A stretch of DNA of 64,000 bases from Octopus vulgaris (GCA_951406725.2 OX597829.1:48918001-48982000), one strand, 5' to 3'; positions 25,700 to 39,035 are shown, numbered from the stretch's first letter. The notes: generated by a model not told the origin, from the sequence alone. Program-made: numbers and translations.

Positions 25700-27300
25700 A
25701 CGTCTAAGGATAATCGAGGAACCCCAGCACCCAAAATCTCCTTGAATACAAAAGGCTAGTGCACTCTCTCCAGTTTCTGTTTTCCGACTCACAGGTCTGT
25801 AATTAGAGTGGTACCACCCACTCTTGCTATTTTCGCAACTTTCACTCACCTCTCAATAAATTCACTCGAGAACAGCACCTTCTTCTCCATCAACACTTTT
25901 CTTTTCAAGTGAAAGTTGAAAAAGTCGATGGGTGATCTACCAATGAGGATGTCTCTGTCCTCATTCCTTTCAACCTCATCCAAGAGACAACATCTTTCGC
26001 AACTGCCTTCAGGCAAAGGAAAACTGTCTTACCAGCCCTATTAAAGGATGGCGGCGGGGCAATCATCACTATGGACTCGGCCGATAGATGGATCCTTCCT
26101 ACACACGACACCAGCTGTTCGACATAACTCTACAACGCCAGGAGCAATGTCTGAACGTGATGTAGGCATTCGCCACTTCTCCTCACCTTTTCAGAGAGAG
26201 CTTCCTCTCTGTCCATTTCTGGGTGAGGCTGACCACTCTGTCCGTCACCTCGTCCCAGATTTTATCTACATGGAAGGCGGGACCGAACCAGGCCCTGAGA
26301 AGTTTAACTGATTTGTCAGTCCAGCGTTCGAAAAAAGCCGCCCGACAGCATGGACCTAACTCTACATGTACACAGTTGCAATCCTACCAATATGTCCGTG
26401 TTGATTTTAGCTCCTTTAGAATGATGTCGACCATCTCAATTTCAGTGGCTTTTGACACCATGACTGTGATGTCTTCTGCGTATGCTGAAGCTGCTCTCCC
26501 GGGGTTCTCCTCGATTGTTTTAACCCACGCAGTAGCGACTTGAAAGACAGCTCATGCAAAAGGGGAGACAACAAGTAGCACTGATGAAATGAACGTGCGA
26601 TACGTGAACGTTTATTTTGATCGTCGAGGTATCGCTCTACATTCCATCGATCCAACTTCCGAAAATAGGTCCGATCAGGTGTGAATGATAAACTCTGTCA
26701 CCTATGAAGCAGAAGTCACAGCAACACCTCAAGATAACTTAACTGCAAAGGAAAAATTAGATCGGTTTATGCAAAGACAATTTCAATAGACGTTATGCAA
26801 AACACAAGTCTCTTTTCCGGCACATAGCCGAGAGTAAAGCCGCTACGTTGGCTAGTAACGTATGCGATTTGAAGACCAACTATACACCAGATACAATCAA
26901 GTATGCATATGACTCTAATGCAACTTATGCGTCGCAGAAAGATTGAAAAATTACACCGCACTACTTAATTCTAGATCCGAAATTTTCAGCAAATGCAAGC
27001 ATAGGGACAAATCTTATTTGGCGAACTGGAGGGCATCACACTCTCTGAACTGAGCAGCTGTCTCTCAGGTTTGGACCCCTCTCAGTTGAATTATTCTACA
27101 ACTAGTTTTGTTATGGCTTCTAAGGCAAAAAGGGGCGGTAGCTCTAATTTCGTCTCTTTTCTTTATCCTTTTTATTCACACTTCCACATTTTGCATGAGT
27201 CTTCTCGTCTATTTTCTCGTTGTTTCTCATCTTCTAGAATCCTGATTTACAAGTGGAACAGATCATGTGATCGGAGCTTGAGCATTGCTTGGAGAAACAA
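25700..27300 (-). mobile_element. Older decayed Tx1-like LINE, same family as 21163
   Basis: VGRIHLSAESIVMIAPPPSFNR, AYAEDITV, DRVYHSHLIGPIFGSWI; ends approximate. Confidence 0.7.
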
Positions 27301-27580
27301 GGCACGTCATAAAAATCCGCCTAGCCACGTGTCTTCACAGCAAGAAACTATTAGTAGCACTTATCTTTGTATTGTGAACATTAAATGATATTTATCTATC
27401 ATTGGATGGCGTACATTTTTGTTGATCTTACCAAAGCAGAACAGTTGACTTTGTGTGTATGTAAATGATTCATATCATCCATGTATCACTGAGACGATAG
27501 TGACCGGATAATAAATTTAATACCATCATCTTTAGTCCTTTATTCATCTTATTCATCTTACCACACAGCCACTTCTGCAC

Positions 27581-27624
<44 letters not shown>

Positions 27625-27628
<4 letters not shown>

Positions 27629-27822
27629 ACCTCGTGTGTACCGTTGGCGATTTTTCCCTCTGTCTTCCCTTCTCTGGATCTTTCCTTCTCCTATGTTTCC
27701 GACGAAGAGCTCCGCTCGAAACGTTAAACCCTCCTTTCCTGAGCGTCCAATAATACTATATTTGTTCCACGTCCTCGCGTTGTTGTGTTTTTTTTGTGTG
27801 TTTTCTTGTTTGGATTAACTAT
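27625..27822 (+). mobile_element. HHR-bearing pLTR-like unit (motif 27695-27729)
   Basis: GTTT-CCGACGA-A-GAGC-TCC-GCTC-GAAAC-GTT-AAAC. Confidence 0.75.
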
Positions 27823-28099
27823 TTGTTTCAGTTGTTTGACTGCGGCCGTGCTGGAGCACCGCCTTTAGTCGCCTTTAGTTATTCTCATTTTTGCGTATTT
27901 AGCCGACAATTTATTCACCGCACTCTGTATAGTAACCAAATCATCCTTAGCACTGTAGAGCAAGTTTTGAACTCAGAGCTCATATGTACGCGTGTTGTGA
28001 CACACGCACACACACACGCGGACAAACACCTATACGCAAACACACGCGAGAACGCGGATAAACACCTACACGCACACAAATATATATATAATTATTTTT

Positions 28100-28605
28100 A
28101 CTCCTTTTACTTGTTTCAGTTATTCGACTGCGGCCACGCTGGAGCACCGCCTTTAGTCGAAGAAATAGATCCCAGGATTTATTCTTTGTAAGCCTAGTAC
28201 TTATTCTATCAGTTTCTTTGGCCGAACCGCTAGGTTACGGGGACGTAATAACACCAACATAGGTTGTCAAGCGATGATGTGGTGGTGGTGGTGGTGGGGG
28301 ACAAACAGACACAAACACATAAATATAACAGGTTTTGTGATGTCTTTGCAGCTTTTTAATAAAGCATATTACTCTACCTCCGGTATTCGAGTACTATTTT
28401 TTTCCTACCTTGTTTCACATTTATGTGCTTACTCTGGTATACATATATACGACGGGCTTCTTTTGAGTTTCCGTCTCCCAAATCCACTCACAAGACTTTG
28501 ATCAGCCTGAGGTTACAGTAGAAGACACTTGCCACGCACAGGAACTGAACCCAGAACCATGTGGTTGAGAAGCAAGCATCGTACCACACAGCCACTTATG
28601 CACCT
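28100..28605 (-). mobile_element. SINE family A interrupted by a pLTR fragment (28328-28440 +)
   Basis: SINE halves flank a segment matching 56032-56140. Confidence 0.8.
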
Positions 28606-28624
28606 ACATATATATACATATATA

Positions 28625-28785
28625 TAGGGAGAGCTTACGAAAAAAAAAAACAAAAGATGAAGACAGGTGGTGTACAAAACAAACAGATGTATTAGTATAA
28701 TACTCAGGAATAGAAAAAGTCTTTTACGTTTCGAGCCTACGCTCTTCTACAGAAAGGGACACAGAAAAAACAAGGAGAGAAAAAA
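28625..28785 (-). mobile_element. HHR-bearing pLTR-like unit (motif 28721-28756)
   Basis: rc CTTT-CTGTAGA-A-GAGC-GTAG-GCTC-GAAAC-GTA-AAAG; flanked by (TA)n. Confidence 0.72.
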
Positions 28786-29221
28786 TATACATATATATAT
28801 ATAATCTTTGAATTTTTTAATACAATTATTTGTATGCGTGCGCGCGTGTAAATTCGCCTTTTGTTTTTCCACATGTACCAATTTCCAATCACAATATTTT
28901 TTCTAGAAACCATCGCCATTGATGCTATTCAATAACAATAACAAAAAAATTACATTAACTATTTTGTAGCTACATACCTGTTGAAATACAATACTTTATT
29001 TCAATTAATTTTCGAAATAACGAAGAATTTATTAAGATAACATGGTCATTTGTTGAGCTGGTGTTTGGAATATAAATTAACAAGAAGTTTGGGTGGAAGA
29101 ATTTAATTTGGATCTCTTTAACACTTTTGTTACTGTATTTCTGTTGAAATATTCTTTCGTTTCCATTAATTTTGCAAATAATGAAGAATTCAGTCAGATA
29201 ACTTTGTTCATGTTAAACAAA

Positions 29222-29565
29222 GGCGGCGAAATGGCAGAATTATTTGTATGTCTGTGCGCGTGGAAATTCGCCCTTTGTTCATCCAAATGTACCAATGCTT
29301 AGCGGTATTTCGTCTGCCGCTACATTCTGAGTTCAAATTCCGCCGAGGTCGACTTTGCCTTTCATCCTTTCGGGGTCGATTAAATAAGTACCAGTTACGC
29401 ACTGGGGTCGATGTAATCGACTTAATCCGTTTGTCTGTCCTTGTTTGACCCCTCTCTGTTTAGCCCCTTGTGGGTAGTCAAGAAATAGGTATTTCGTCTA
29501 ACATCAGGTTTTGAGTTCAAATTCCACCGAGGACGAATTTGAATTTCATTCTTTCTGGTTCCATA
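29222..29565 (+). mobile_element. SINE family B plus partial second unit
   Basis: Meta-like domain; junction AAGAAATAGGTATTTCGTC. Confidence 0.82.
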
Positions 29566-30156
29566 AAATAATATTAATATTATTAGGTTGTCAAGAAAGT
29601 TCTTGCGGAATTTTTAATTTTGGTTTTAAATGATGCATTTTCAAATTAATTTTCGCAAAAGCGTTACCGTGTCGGAAAAAATGCTTAACTCCACTTCTTC
29701 CCATTTTACTTTCTGAGTTCAAATACTACGTGGTCAGCTTTGCCTTTCATCATTTCGGAGCCGATAAAATAAGAACCAGTTGAACACGGAAGGTGCATGT
29801 AATTCACTTACACCCAGTCACAAAATTTCTGGCCTTGTGCTCAAAATTTGAAACTTATATTAACCTGGTGTTTGCAACATAAATTTACACGAAATTTGGA
29901 TGAATATTTATACTTAGCTCACTTTAAAGCATGATGTTTGTACCATAGAAACGGGGGCGATTTTTTTTTTGGTAGGATGATGTCAAAAGGGTTAAGTTCA
30001 GTCTATGAGTAACTCACTTTTTCACCATCGGTTATAGGAATATGGAGCATTGTGTATAAGAATATCGAGCATCGGGTATCGGAATATTTCAGAAGCTTGT
30101 GACCGTGTGTGTATCGTTGGCGATTTTCTTTCTCCGTCTTCCCTTCCTTTTTCTAT

Positions 30157-30190
30157 GTTTCTGACGAAGAGCTCCGCTCGAAACGTTAAA
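30157..30190 (+). ncRNA. Minimal type I hammerhead ribozyme, intact core (unit 1 of dimer)
   Basis: TTT-CTGACGA-A-GAGC-TCC-GCTC-GAAAC-GTT-AAA. Confidence 0.8.
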
Positions 30191-30303
30191 TCCTCCTTCT
30201 TTCTTTCTTTTCCTGAGCGTCTAATAACACTATACTTGTTTCACGTCCTCGCGTTGTTGTGTTTTCTCTCTGTTCATGTTTGGATTAACTATATATACAT
30301 GTG

Positions 30304-30358
<55 letters not shown>

Positions 30359-30404
30359 GTATCGTTGGCGATTTTGTTTCTCCGTCTTCCCTTCCTTTTT
30401 CTAT

Positions 30405-30438
30405 GTTTCTGACGAAGAGCTCCGCTCGAAACGTTAAA
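30405..30438 (+). ncRNA. Minimal type I hammerhead ribozyme, intact core (unit 2 of dimer)
   Basis: Identical motif 248 bp downstream of unit 1. Confidence 0.8.
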
Positions 30439-30976
30439 TCCTCATTCTTTCTTCCCTTTCCCGAGCGTCCAATAACACTATACTTGTTCCACGTCCACGC
30501 GTTGTTGTGTTTTCTCTTTGTGTTTTCATGTTCGGATTAATTATACCAGAAACAGTTCGTTTAGTACAAGAAAGTATAATTTAAGAAAAACAAAAAAATC
30601 CCAAACAAACAAGATTTGAGATCAGAACCAGACGTCAGCAGAAAGCAAGGAGTGAAGTTAGAGAACACTTTCTTTAAGCGTGCAGTTGTTGTTACTTTTG
30701 CTGTCTAATCCAGATTAGTTATGATTAGCAGAACCATGATCAAAGAGTTTGTAGCCCTGGCTATCCTATTTCCTTTTTTCAGACACAGTAAATCTAGGAC
30801 TACAGTATTCAGTGTTATTCATTATATTTCTCTTTAAAGACAACAGAGTTTGGTTTATGATAGATTTGGCTTCTATTTCCTGCAAATTCGACGACCACGT
30901 ACACCTAGACTCCCACGCCGATTGTGTTTATTCACAATGGTTATCTCACACACATAGGCTGGTACATGTATGAAGA

Positions 30977-31358
30977 GGAAGCACTCCGTCGGTTACGACG
31001 ATGAGGGTTCCGGTTGATCCGAATCAACGGAACAGCCTGCTCGTGAAATTAACGTGTAAGTGGCTGAGCACTCCACAGACACGTGCACCCTTAACGTAGT
31101 TCTCGGGGATATTCAGCGTGACACAGAGAGTGACAAGGCCGGCCCTTTGAAATACAGGTACAACAGAAGCAGGAAGTAAGAGTGAGAGAAAGTTGTGGTG
31201 AAAGAGTACAGCAGGGATCACCACCATCCCCTGCCGGAGCCTCGTGGAGCTTTAGGTGTTTTCGCTCAATAAACACTCACAACGCCCGGTCTGGGAATCG
31301 AAACCGCGATCCTATGACCGCGAGTCCGCTGCCCTAACCACTGAGCCATTGCGCCTCC
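30977..31358 (-). mobile_element. SINE family C with 11-bp TSD
   Basis: ACATGTATGAA at 30964 and 31361. Confidence 0.93.
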
Positions 31359-31709
31359 ACACATGTATGAAACCCACGCATACACACGCAGACGCACACA
31401 TGTACCAACTATACATTAAATTAAAAATATAAGGGAGACGATAAATTGAAAGACTACTGGCTTATGGTCATGTCTTTACGTTCTCTAATTAGTGTCTATA
31501 ACTTTATTTAGACAATTATTCTTTGGCGTCTCTGTATTTTTCGCAAAGAAAAAATAACAAAAATCCGATTAATTTCACTTATTTTACTCGAAAAACTTTC
31601 CTTCTAACTATTCTATAAAAAATAAGAATAAAAAAAATGGATCAAAATTCTAATAACAAAATAACTTTCTTTTCTTTTTTTCTGGAAATTGGAGCTAAAT
31701 TATATATAT

Positions 31710-31824
<115 letters not shown>

Positions 31825-32064
31825 TAGAATAATAAAAAATTCTTCGAATACTTGGCGACAGACAGCAAATTGACAGATTCGTAGAGTAGAAAAAAAAAAA
31901 AAGATGTAGAAATTTCTGTTTTGGATTTCGACGTTTTGAGTTCAAAATTCCACCGAGGTCAGCTTTACTTTTCATTTCTCCAGGATGAATAAAATTAAGT
32001 CTGCACTTTGTTTTCTTCATTGGGAACATGTTTTTATTAATTTTTGTTGTATTTTGTTTCCAGT

Positions 32065-32198
32065 GGAGGCGCAATGGCCCAGTGGTTAGGGCAGCGGACT
32101 CGCAGTCATAGGATTGCGGTTTCGATTCCCAGAGTGTTTCTGTTCCGTTGATTCGGATCAAACGGAACCCTCGTCGTCGTAACCGACGGAGTGCTTCC
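32065..32198 (+). mobile_element. Internally deleted SINE family C with 13-bp TSD
   Basis: tRNA head fused to 3' tail; TATTTTGTTTCCA at 32050 and 32202. Confidence 0.88.
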
Positions 32199-32748
32199 AT
32201 ATATTTTGTTTCCAATTTGATCCGGATCTTATTGGTCTAATCACTTATGGGGTTTACTTGCTCTAAAAGACGAAACATTTGGAAAAAAAAATTTTCTTGT
32301 TTTGAGATGTTGAACATTTTCCATATGGCGTCGTCTTCGTTCCCGAACCAAAGAAAGAGGAAGATGGGAGGAGACTTTGAAGGGGAAAATGTCTTTCGGC
32401 GTCCTTTTCTCCCGTCAAATTTTCCAAACACAAATATTATTAGTAGCAGCAGCCTTTCGTCCGTTCCAACGTTCAAACTTCAAAACCGCAGATGGCAACT
32501 TCTATCCTTTTCAGGGTCGATAAAATAAGTACCAACTGCGTACTGGAGTCGGAGTAATCGACTAGCCTGATCCACACAAATTTCAGGCCTTGTGCCAATA
32601 GTAAAAACTATTATTAGATAAATACAATTGAAACACTGGAGTGGATGTAAACAACTCATCCTTTCCTCACCCCAAACCCTTGCCTTGTGGCAAATTTTGA
32701 AACTACTATTATTATCATTATTACTATTATTATTATTATTATTATCAT

Positions 32749-32802
<54 letters not shown>

Positions 32803-32822
32803 CAGTAGTAGTAGTAGTAGTA

Positions 32823-33070
32823 GTACCTCCGCCTTAGCTAAGACGGAGTTATTGTTTTTAGTCGCGTTTGTTTTCCGTGGACAAGATATCTCAAAAACTG
32901 CAGGATGGATTCGGATGAAACTTTCAGGGATGTTTGGTCTCGTGACTGGCATGAACTGATTAGATTTTGGTATAGATCCAGTACTGGGCAAGGATTCTGG
33001 ATTATTTCCCTCCCTTTTTTTTTTTTTTTACTTAATTTGTGAGAGTGGTCGGGTTCATTTTTAGTATTTC
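32823..33070 (+). mobile_element. Helentron/HINE-like non-autonomous element fragment
   Basis: Terminal hairpin CTCCGCCTTAG-CTAAGACGGAG followed by GATATCTCAAAAACTG...GGATGAAACTT. Confidence 0.5.
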
Positions 33071-34297
33071 CTTTTGTGAGAGCAGTCGAATTTATTTTAG
33101 GATATTCCCATTTCAGGTGGAAAGACACTTTGAGAGAGGGTAACAGCAGGTGGTACTCAGAGAAACCCACTTTAGGCAAGTGTTTCGGCCCTTAACTCCT
33201 GACGCTACTCCGAGTCATGACTCCCGGATGTCCACCTACTGTCCGTTTCAGTACGCCTTGTGTGGGATTGGTTTCTAGCACTGCTGTGACGTGTGCTGCG
33301 GCCCTGAGAAGTACTGAGGTCGGTGTAATTGTCTCGCTTCCTCCTTGTAAAATTCTTATCCCTGTTCCAAAATTTGAAACTATTATTGTTGGTGTTTTTT
33401 TTTTCTTTTTGTTGTTGTTTTTGATTGAATCAAGCACATTTCCTTTGGCTCATCAAAATCGGGGAATATTATCAGTTGAAATTAAGTAGAAAATATTTTT
33501 AGCATAGAATTTCTAACATAGAATGTAAAGAAAAATAACAATTTGTTTGCTATTTATTCTCCCGTGTTAGGAAAAAAAAATTAATTGGCGAAGAACAAAA
33601 TTGGCCTTTTCTATTATACATAAACAAACTGGTTACAACGTTTAAAAACGCCTCCTCAAAATATCCGAAAGAAAACAATTACCTTTTTACAGAGAAGTGA
33701 CAAAAAAAAAAAAAAAGAAAAAGAAAATAAAGCATTTTAAATTCTTCTTGATAGTTGATTTATTTATTTCACATGAAAAAATATTGGATTTCTGATAGAA
33801 AATGACTCAAATAACGACAACGACACAAACATACGTGTGTCCTTAAACGGAAAAAAAAACAATGGAAAGGTCCACTTAAGAAACAAGGGAAGCGTTTCCA
33901 AACTTATCTTTTTTTGCTGGAACTACCTCAAAGAGGCTGGATGTGAAACATTCTGCCTAGTAGAAATGCGTGACAATGGAATCTACATCATTACCACAGA
34001 CTCTTATAAAAACAAGAATACAAGAGCTTTTATGATACACTCGAAAGAGCAATTTCAGGAAGCTCTAGACAATGTGTAGAATAATATAATTTCTATCAGT
34101 CATGGGAGAGACTATGGAATCAAATACGTAATATTCAAAACAGAGGATGTGGTAAAAAAAATATCAAGCTGAGATAGTATCCTACACAACATTGCAGAAG
34201 TTTACCCATACATAGGAGGCACAGCAGAAGGTGATTATGGCAAAGTATATTAGGAACATCATTAAACTTTGGATGTCGCCACTTTGCAGTGTAGAAC

Positions 34298-34450
34298 GAC
34301 CGCGTGTGTATCGTTGGCGATTTTCTTCCTCCGTCTTCCCTTCCTTAGACTTTTCCTTTTTCTATGTTTCTGACGAAGAGCTCCGCTCGAAACGTTAAAT
34401 CCTCATTCTTTCTTCCCTTTCCTGAGCGTCCAATAACACTATACTTGTTA
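34298..34450 (+). mobile_element. HHR-bearing pLTR-like unit (intact motif 34366-34399)
   Basis: GTTT-CTGACGA-A-GAGC-TCC-GCTC-GAAAC-GTT-AAA. Confidence 0.78.
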
Positions 34451-35004
34451 AGGGCCTAAATAACCAATTCGGCAGATGATTGGGCGGCGTCTATATGTAT
34501 TTGGAAGTTATACTGATCTATGTGTGCCATAGAGTAACTCCGGAGCTGTGTTACGTCGTAGCCAGTGCAGAAAGCAAATCTTGAGACTGGTGGTGGTACA
34601 GAGTAACACTTGTGACAGAAAGAAACGCGATTGCGAGATCGTGGGTTCGGTTCCTTCCCAAGACCGGGCGTTGCGTTGTTGTACTTGTGCAAAGGGATTG
34701 TTTTGTCGTCTCAAATGTGGCACACGGTGCACCTGTACAGGGTAATGTCGATTTGATGGAGGGATTGAGCTTATGCGAACACGAACATTTGATCGCTATG
34801 AACAAATCACCTGTGTGGTTGTTCGGCAACAAATTGTCGATCCCAGAACTTATTCTTTGTAAGCCTGGCACTTATTCTGGTCACTGTTGCTGAAACCGGT
34901 ATGTTACGAGGAAGTAAACACACCAACATTAGTTGCCAAGCAATGGTGGGGAGACAGACACAGACACACAAATACATACATACATACATACATACATACA
35001 TACA

Positions 35005-35091
<87 letters not shown>

Positions 35092-35208
35092 GACGGGTTT
35101 CTTTCACAAGGTCTTGGTCGGCTATAGCAGAGGACATTTGCCCAAGGTGCAATGCAGTGGGACTGAACCCGGAACTATGTGGTTGGGAGTCACGCTTGCA
35201 CCTATGCC

Positions 35209-35240
<32 letters not shown>

Positions 35241-35447
35241 GTACATACATACACATATATATATATACACACACACATACATATATATACACACACACAT
35301 ACTTAGCGGTTCGGCAAAAGAGACCGATAGAATAAGTACTGGGCTTACAAAAGAATAAGTCCCGGGTTCGAGTTGCTCGATTAAAGGCGCTGCTCCAGCA
35401 TGGCCGCAGTCAAATGACTGAAACAAGTAAAAAAAAAAAAAAAGAGA

Positions 35448-35494
<47 letters not shown>

Positions 35495-35523
35495 GAGATG
35501 AGTAACAAAGACGTACAGGTATC

Positions 35524-35613
35524 AATTTCTTAGGGCCGTTTCCAACGACTCCTTTAATTTATTAATGGAAGCATTACATCATTGTAAAAAAAACCGTTTT
35601 CGTCAGACGAATT
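35524..35613 (-). ncRNA. Type I HHR-like motif with long stem II
   Basis: rc CTGACGA-A-AACGGTTTTTTT...AAAGGAGTCGTT-G-GAAAC-GGCC-CTA-AGAAAT. Confidence 0.55.
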
Positions 35614-35799
35614 CATGATCTTCAAACATATAGGACAGTTCAACTTATTCAACATAGTTTACAAATTCACGAAGTAAAAATATTTACTATTGATCCTGTT
35701 ATCATTCAGTTGGCAGAATGAACTTATCAGAATAGCGTATTTTTGGTCAGAACAAAGAGGAGTTTATGATAGCGGGATGATATAATTGACCCAAGTGAT

Positions 35800-38480
35800 C
35801 CAGTTATCGAAATTCTAACAATAAAGGAATGATCGGCTCCGATCGCCTAGATTTTTTATCTCAAGTTGTTTATGAGTACTGGTCAGTGGTGAGAGAAGCA
35901 ATTAGTGCCAGGTCAGCCTGCAAAATTGGTAATAATAATAATAATCTACATCAGCTTGTTTGCATACGGGCCATATATTTGCTATGGAAAGTTATCTGCT
36001 CTCTTCTATCAGCCAATTGCTGAAGCGCTATTTTTCTTACCCATTGATTTCACCTTTGCAACGACAGTTACTGCACTTCCTTCATGTTATTCGGCGTGGG
36101 TATCACGCATGAGATAACTAACAAAGATTTAGCTCTCCTTTAGGACCGAATGAAGCTTTTTCAACGAGTTTCAGCATTCAATCGTTTGTTGTTTCAAGAT
36201 ATTTCGCCAGTTCAATTTTGATGGTTTCGAGAGAAATTTTAAACTGGATCAAGACTCAATCTCTTTGAGATCTGGAATAGTAAAGACAATTCACGTCTGC
36301 CTTTGAGTAGTGCATCTTATAACAAGTTAGTAGTTTATGTATTTTCCCATAAATTTTTCTTTATTTCACTGACATTCCGGTTCAGGGACTGCTAAGGAGT
36401 TTGTGATTAACATTTTGTTAGGTGCATTCATTTTAGATTTCAGGACTGCTCGAACTCTCCTATAACATTCCTTTCTGATCTTCTCTTTTGCGTTTGTATG
36501 CTGAATGCCAGAGCCATCATTTATTCTAGGCATTTGTAGGTTTGTTTCATTACTGTATCAACATCTTACACGACTGAATTTGTGGTCTTCAATTTCCCTT
36601 TTCGAAAAGTGGCCTTGATAGATTTATCAAGACCAAGCTCCATCCCGGTGTAATCACTGAATGCTTTCACAATACGCAATAGGCCTTCAAGCTCATCATT
36701 ATCGTTGCCATATTGTTTTACGTCATCTATACGAAATAGATGGCTTATTTTTCTTATTGCCAATTTTATACCCATACTCTTCTCTGTTAAATCCACTTGA
36801 AAGAGATATTAGAGCTATGTAACACATTCGAGGTGAAAATGAGTCATCTTGAAAAAAGCCACAGTTGATATCAATATTATCTGAAGCTAGTACGCCATTT
36901 GAGTGATATAATTTAGAGATCCGTATTCCACAATGACATATTACACTTCAGGAAGATTGAAATCACAGGAGAAATTTTCAAGATGAAATTTCAAGATCCA
37001 GGAATGCAATACGGTGTCGGAAGCTTTTTTTGTAATCAATCCATGCGGAACTGAAATTTCTACGCTTACGGGAGCGATGAGAGCCAGGAATTTGGCATTC
37101 TATCTTTATCGGGGAATTTCCATTTGGGAGCCTTCGTGAGTGTCATTCTTAGATTTACTTTTGTGATGTCTTCCCATACTTGTTCTAGTAAATTTTTGTA
37201 GAATTCTTCTGTGCGTCTAATCCAATCTGCAATATCCTTGTATGTCTTCTCATCACTTTAAATCTTTACCCAAAAGATTTCAACTTCTTCCACAGAGAAT
37301 ATTTTCGAATTGGAATGTGAACTGCTTATTTTGCTTGTAAAACTTGCTTCTCTTCTCATATCTTCGAATCCTATGAGCTTTTGCTTTGACTTTTTGTTTT
37401 AGTGCTTCTTTTGTTGAAAACAGTTCTTCTCTTGGTGAAGATCTATATTTTTCTCTGCATATTTCTTCCTTTTCTGAATCTTACATAATCACCACAGATT
37501 AGTTCATTCAGTATTGATATTTCCCCTCTCATTAATTCAATATCTTTTTTTTTTCAATTTTTCTTGTCCAGTCGGGATTTCTTCCCAGGCTGGTTGTCAT
37601 TGTCTTTTTTCGGAAGCATACAACTAGTTTCAATTACCTTATCAGATGCTTAAATAATTCCATTTATCTCAATAAAATTAGGTTTAAATTCTTGTATGAT
37701 TTCTTTTGTTAAATAGTTGCGAATTTTAATTTGTCTTTTAATTTGGCTTATGTTTTTGAAAGTTTACGAAGTGGTTCTCTATCCTTCATACTTGCATGTC
37801 TTACAACTTCATACTTATTCAACATTTCTGCTTCATTTCCATCATAAACTCTCTGTGTTCTTTAACAAATACTGTTGCTTTATCCCTTTCCAGGCTATCT
37901 TTATCAAGTTCATTTGAATTTATTTCTTCAAGCCTTTGCGTGATTTGGTCAGATGGCAGTATTTCAATTAAGACTGCTTCTTCATCTGATTCTTCATTTC
38001 CTTCCTGTCTTATATTTTGGCCGTATTCCGTTGCGTGCTTGATTGCGCTTACTTCGCTATTTCGGAATCTATTATTTCTAAAGATATTCCTCCTAACAAT
38101 TGCGAACTTGTTTACATCCAAATATGGTCTACTGTTCTGATTTTGCGTTCTCCATACTTTGCATGACTTAATGGTGTGTCTCTCTTGAGATGGCCTAACT
38201 AATGCATAGGAATAAGCATGTATTACTTCTTTATTCTCTTCCTGGGTTTATTTGATCCTCTTACATATTTCTGTGGTAGCTGTGGTGGTGAACTTGGCGG
38301 GCTCGAGTTGGAGCAGTTCCCATTCAAGGGATCATCCAGGTTCGTATTCAGAGAAGAATTTGTTCCAGTGGATGGTTTTTCGACTCAAGACTGGTTTACC
38401 CCTGAGGGGTACGCTTCCAGATTAAGCATAGGACAAGCGATTTGGTGTACTGTTTGAATTTTCCTTCTTGTTTCATAAAA
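35800..38480 (-). mobile_element. Decayed R4/Dong-clade non-LTR retrotransposon
   Basis: ISHLFRIDDVKQY...GMELGLDK RT motifs; N-terminal EENKEVIHAYSYAL..VRRNIFRNN Myb-like region. Confidence 0.8.
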
Positions 38481-38941
38481 AAATATTTGTGCCACATTAA
38501 TAATATTATCACTGAGCCCTGCGTGGCTAATGAAGAAACGGTTATTACATTATTTACATTATTTACAATTGACGGATATTTAATATTTAATATGTCCCTA
38601 TTGAAGGCTGACAGGAATAGTCGATAGTCCAATAAAGTGTAACTTTTTTTTACATCAGTAGTTGACAATGAAATTCCTTCTTGCTCTAGATTATGTATAT
38701 ATGTTCCTTTTGTTTCTAACTATTTGAAATCTTCCTTAGAGGAAGGAGCTGGTTTCTAACAAAGATTATAAAGTTCCAACATGGAGATAACAAAAACACT
38801 GTCACATTTCAAATTTGAGAAACTCTTGCATGTATGTTTATTCTGACAGTTACAAATTGTGTTTGTAATGTGTGAATTAGCTGGTTGATTTCTTTTTCTG
38901 GAAACCCTAGATTATCCAGATTATCACTTCGGCGCCATTTC

Positions 38942-39035
38942 TATGTTTGTATGTATGTATGTATGTGTGTATGTATGTATGTATGTATGTATGTATGTAT
39001 GTATGTATGTATGTATGTATGTATGTATGTATGTA

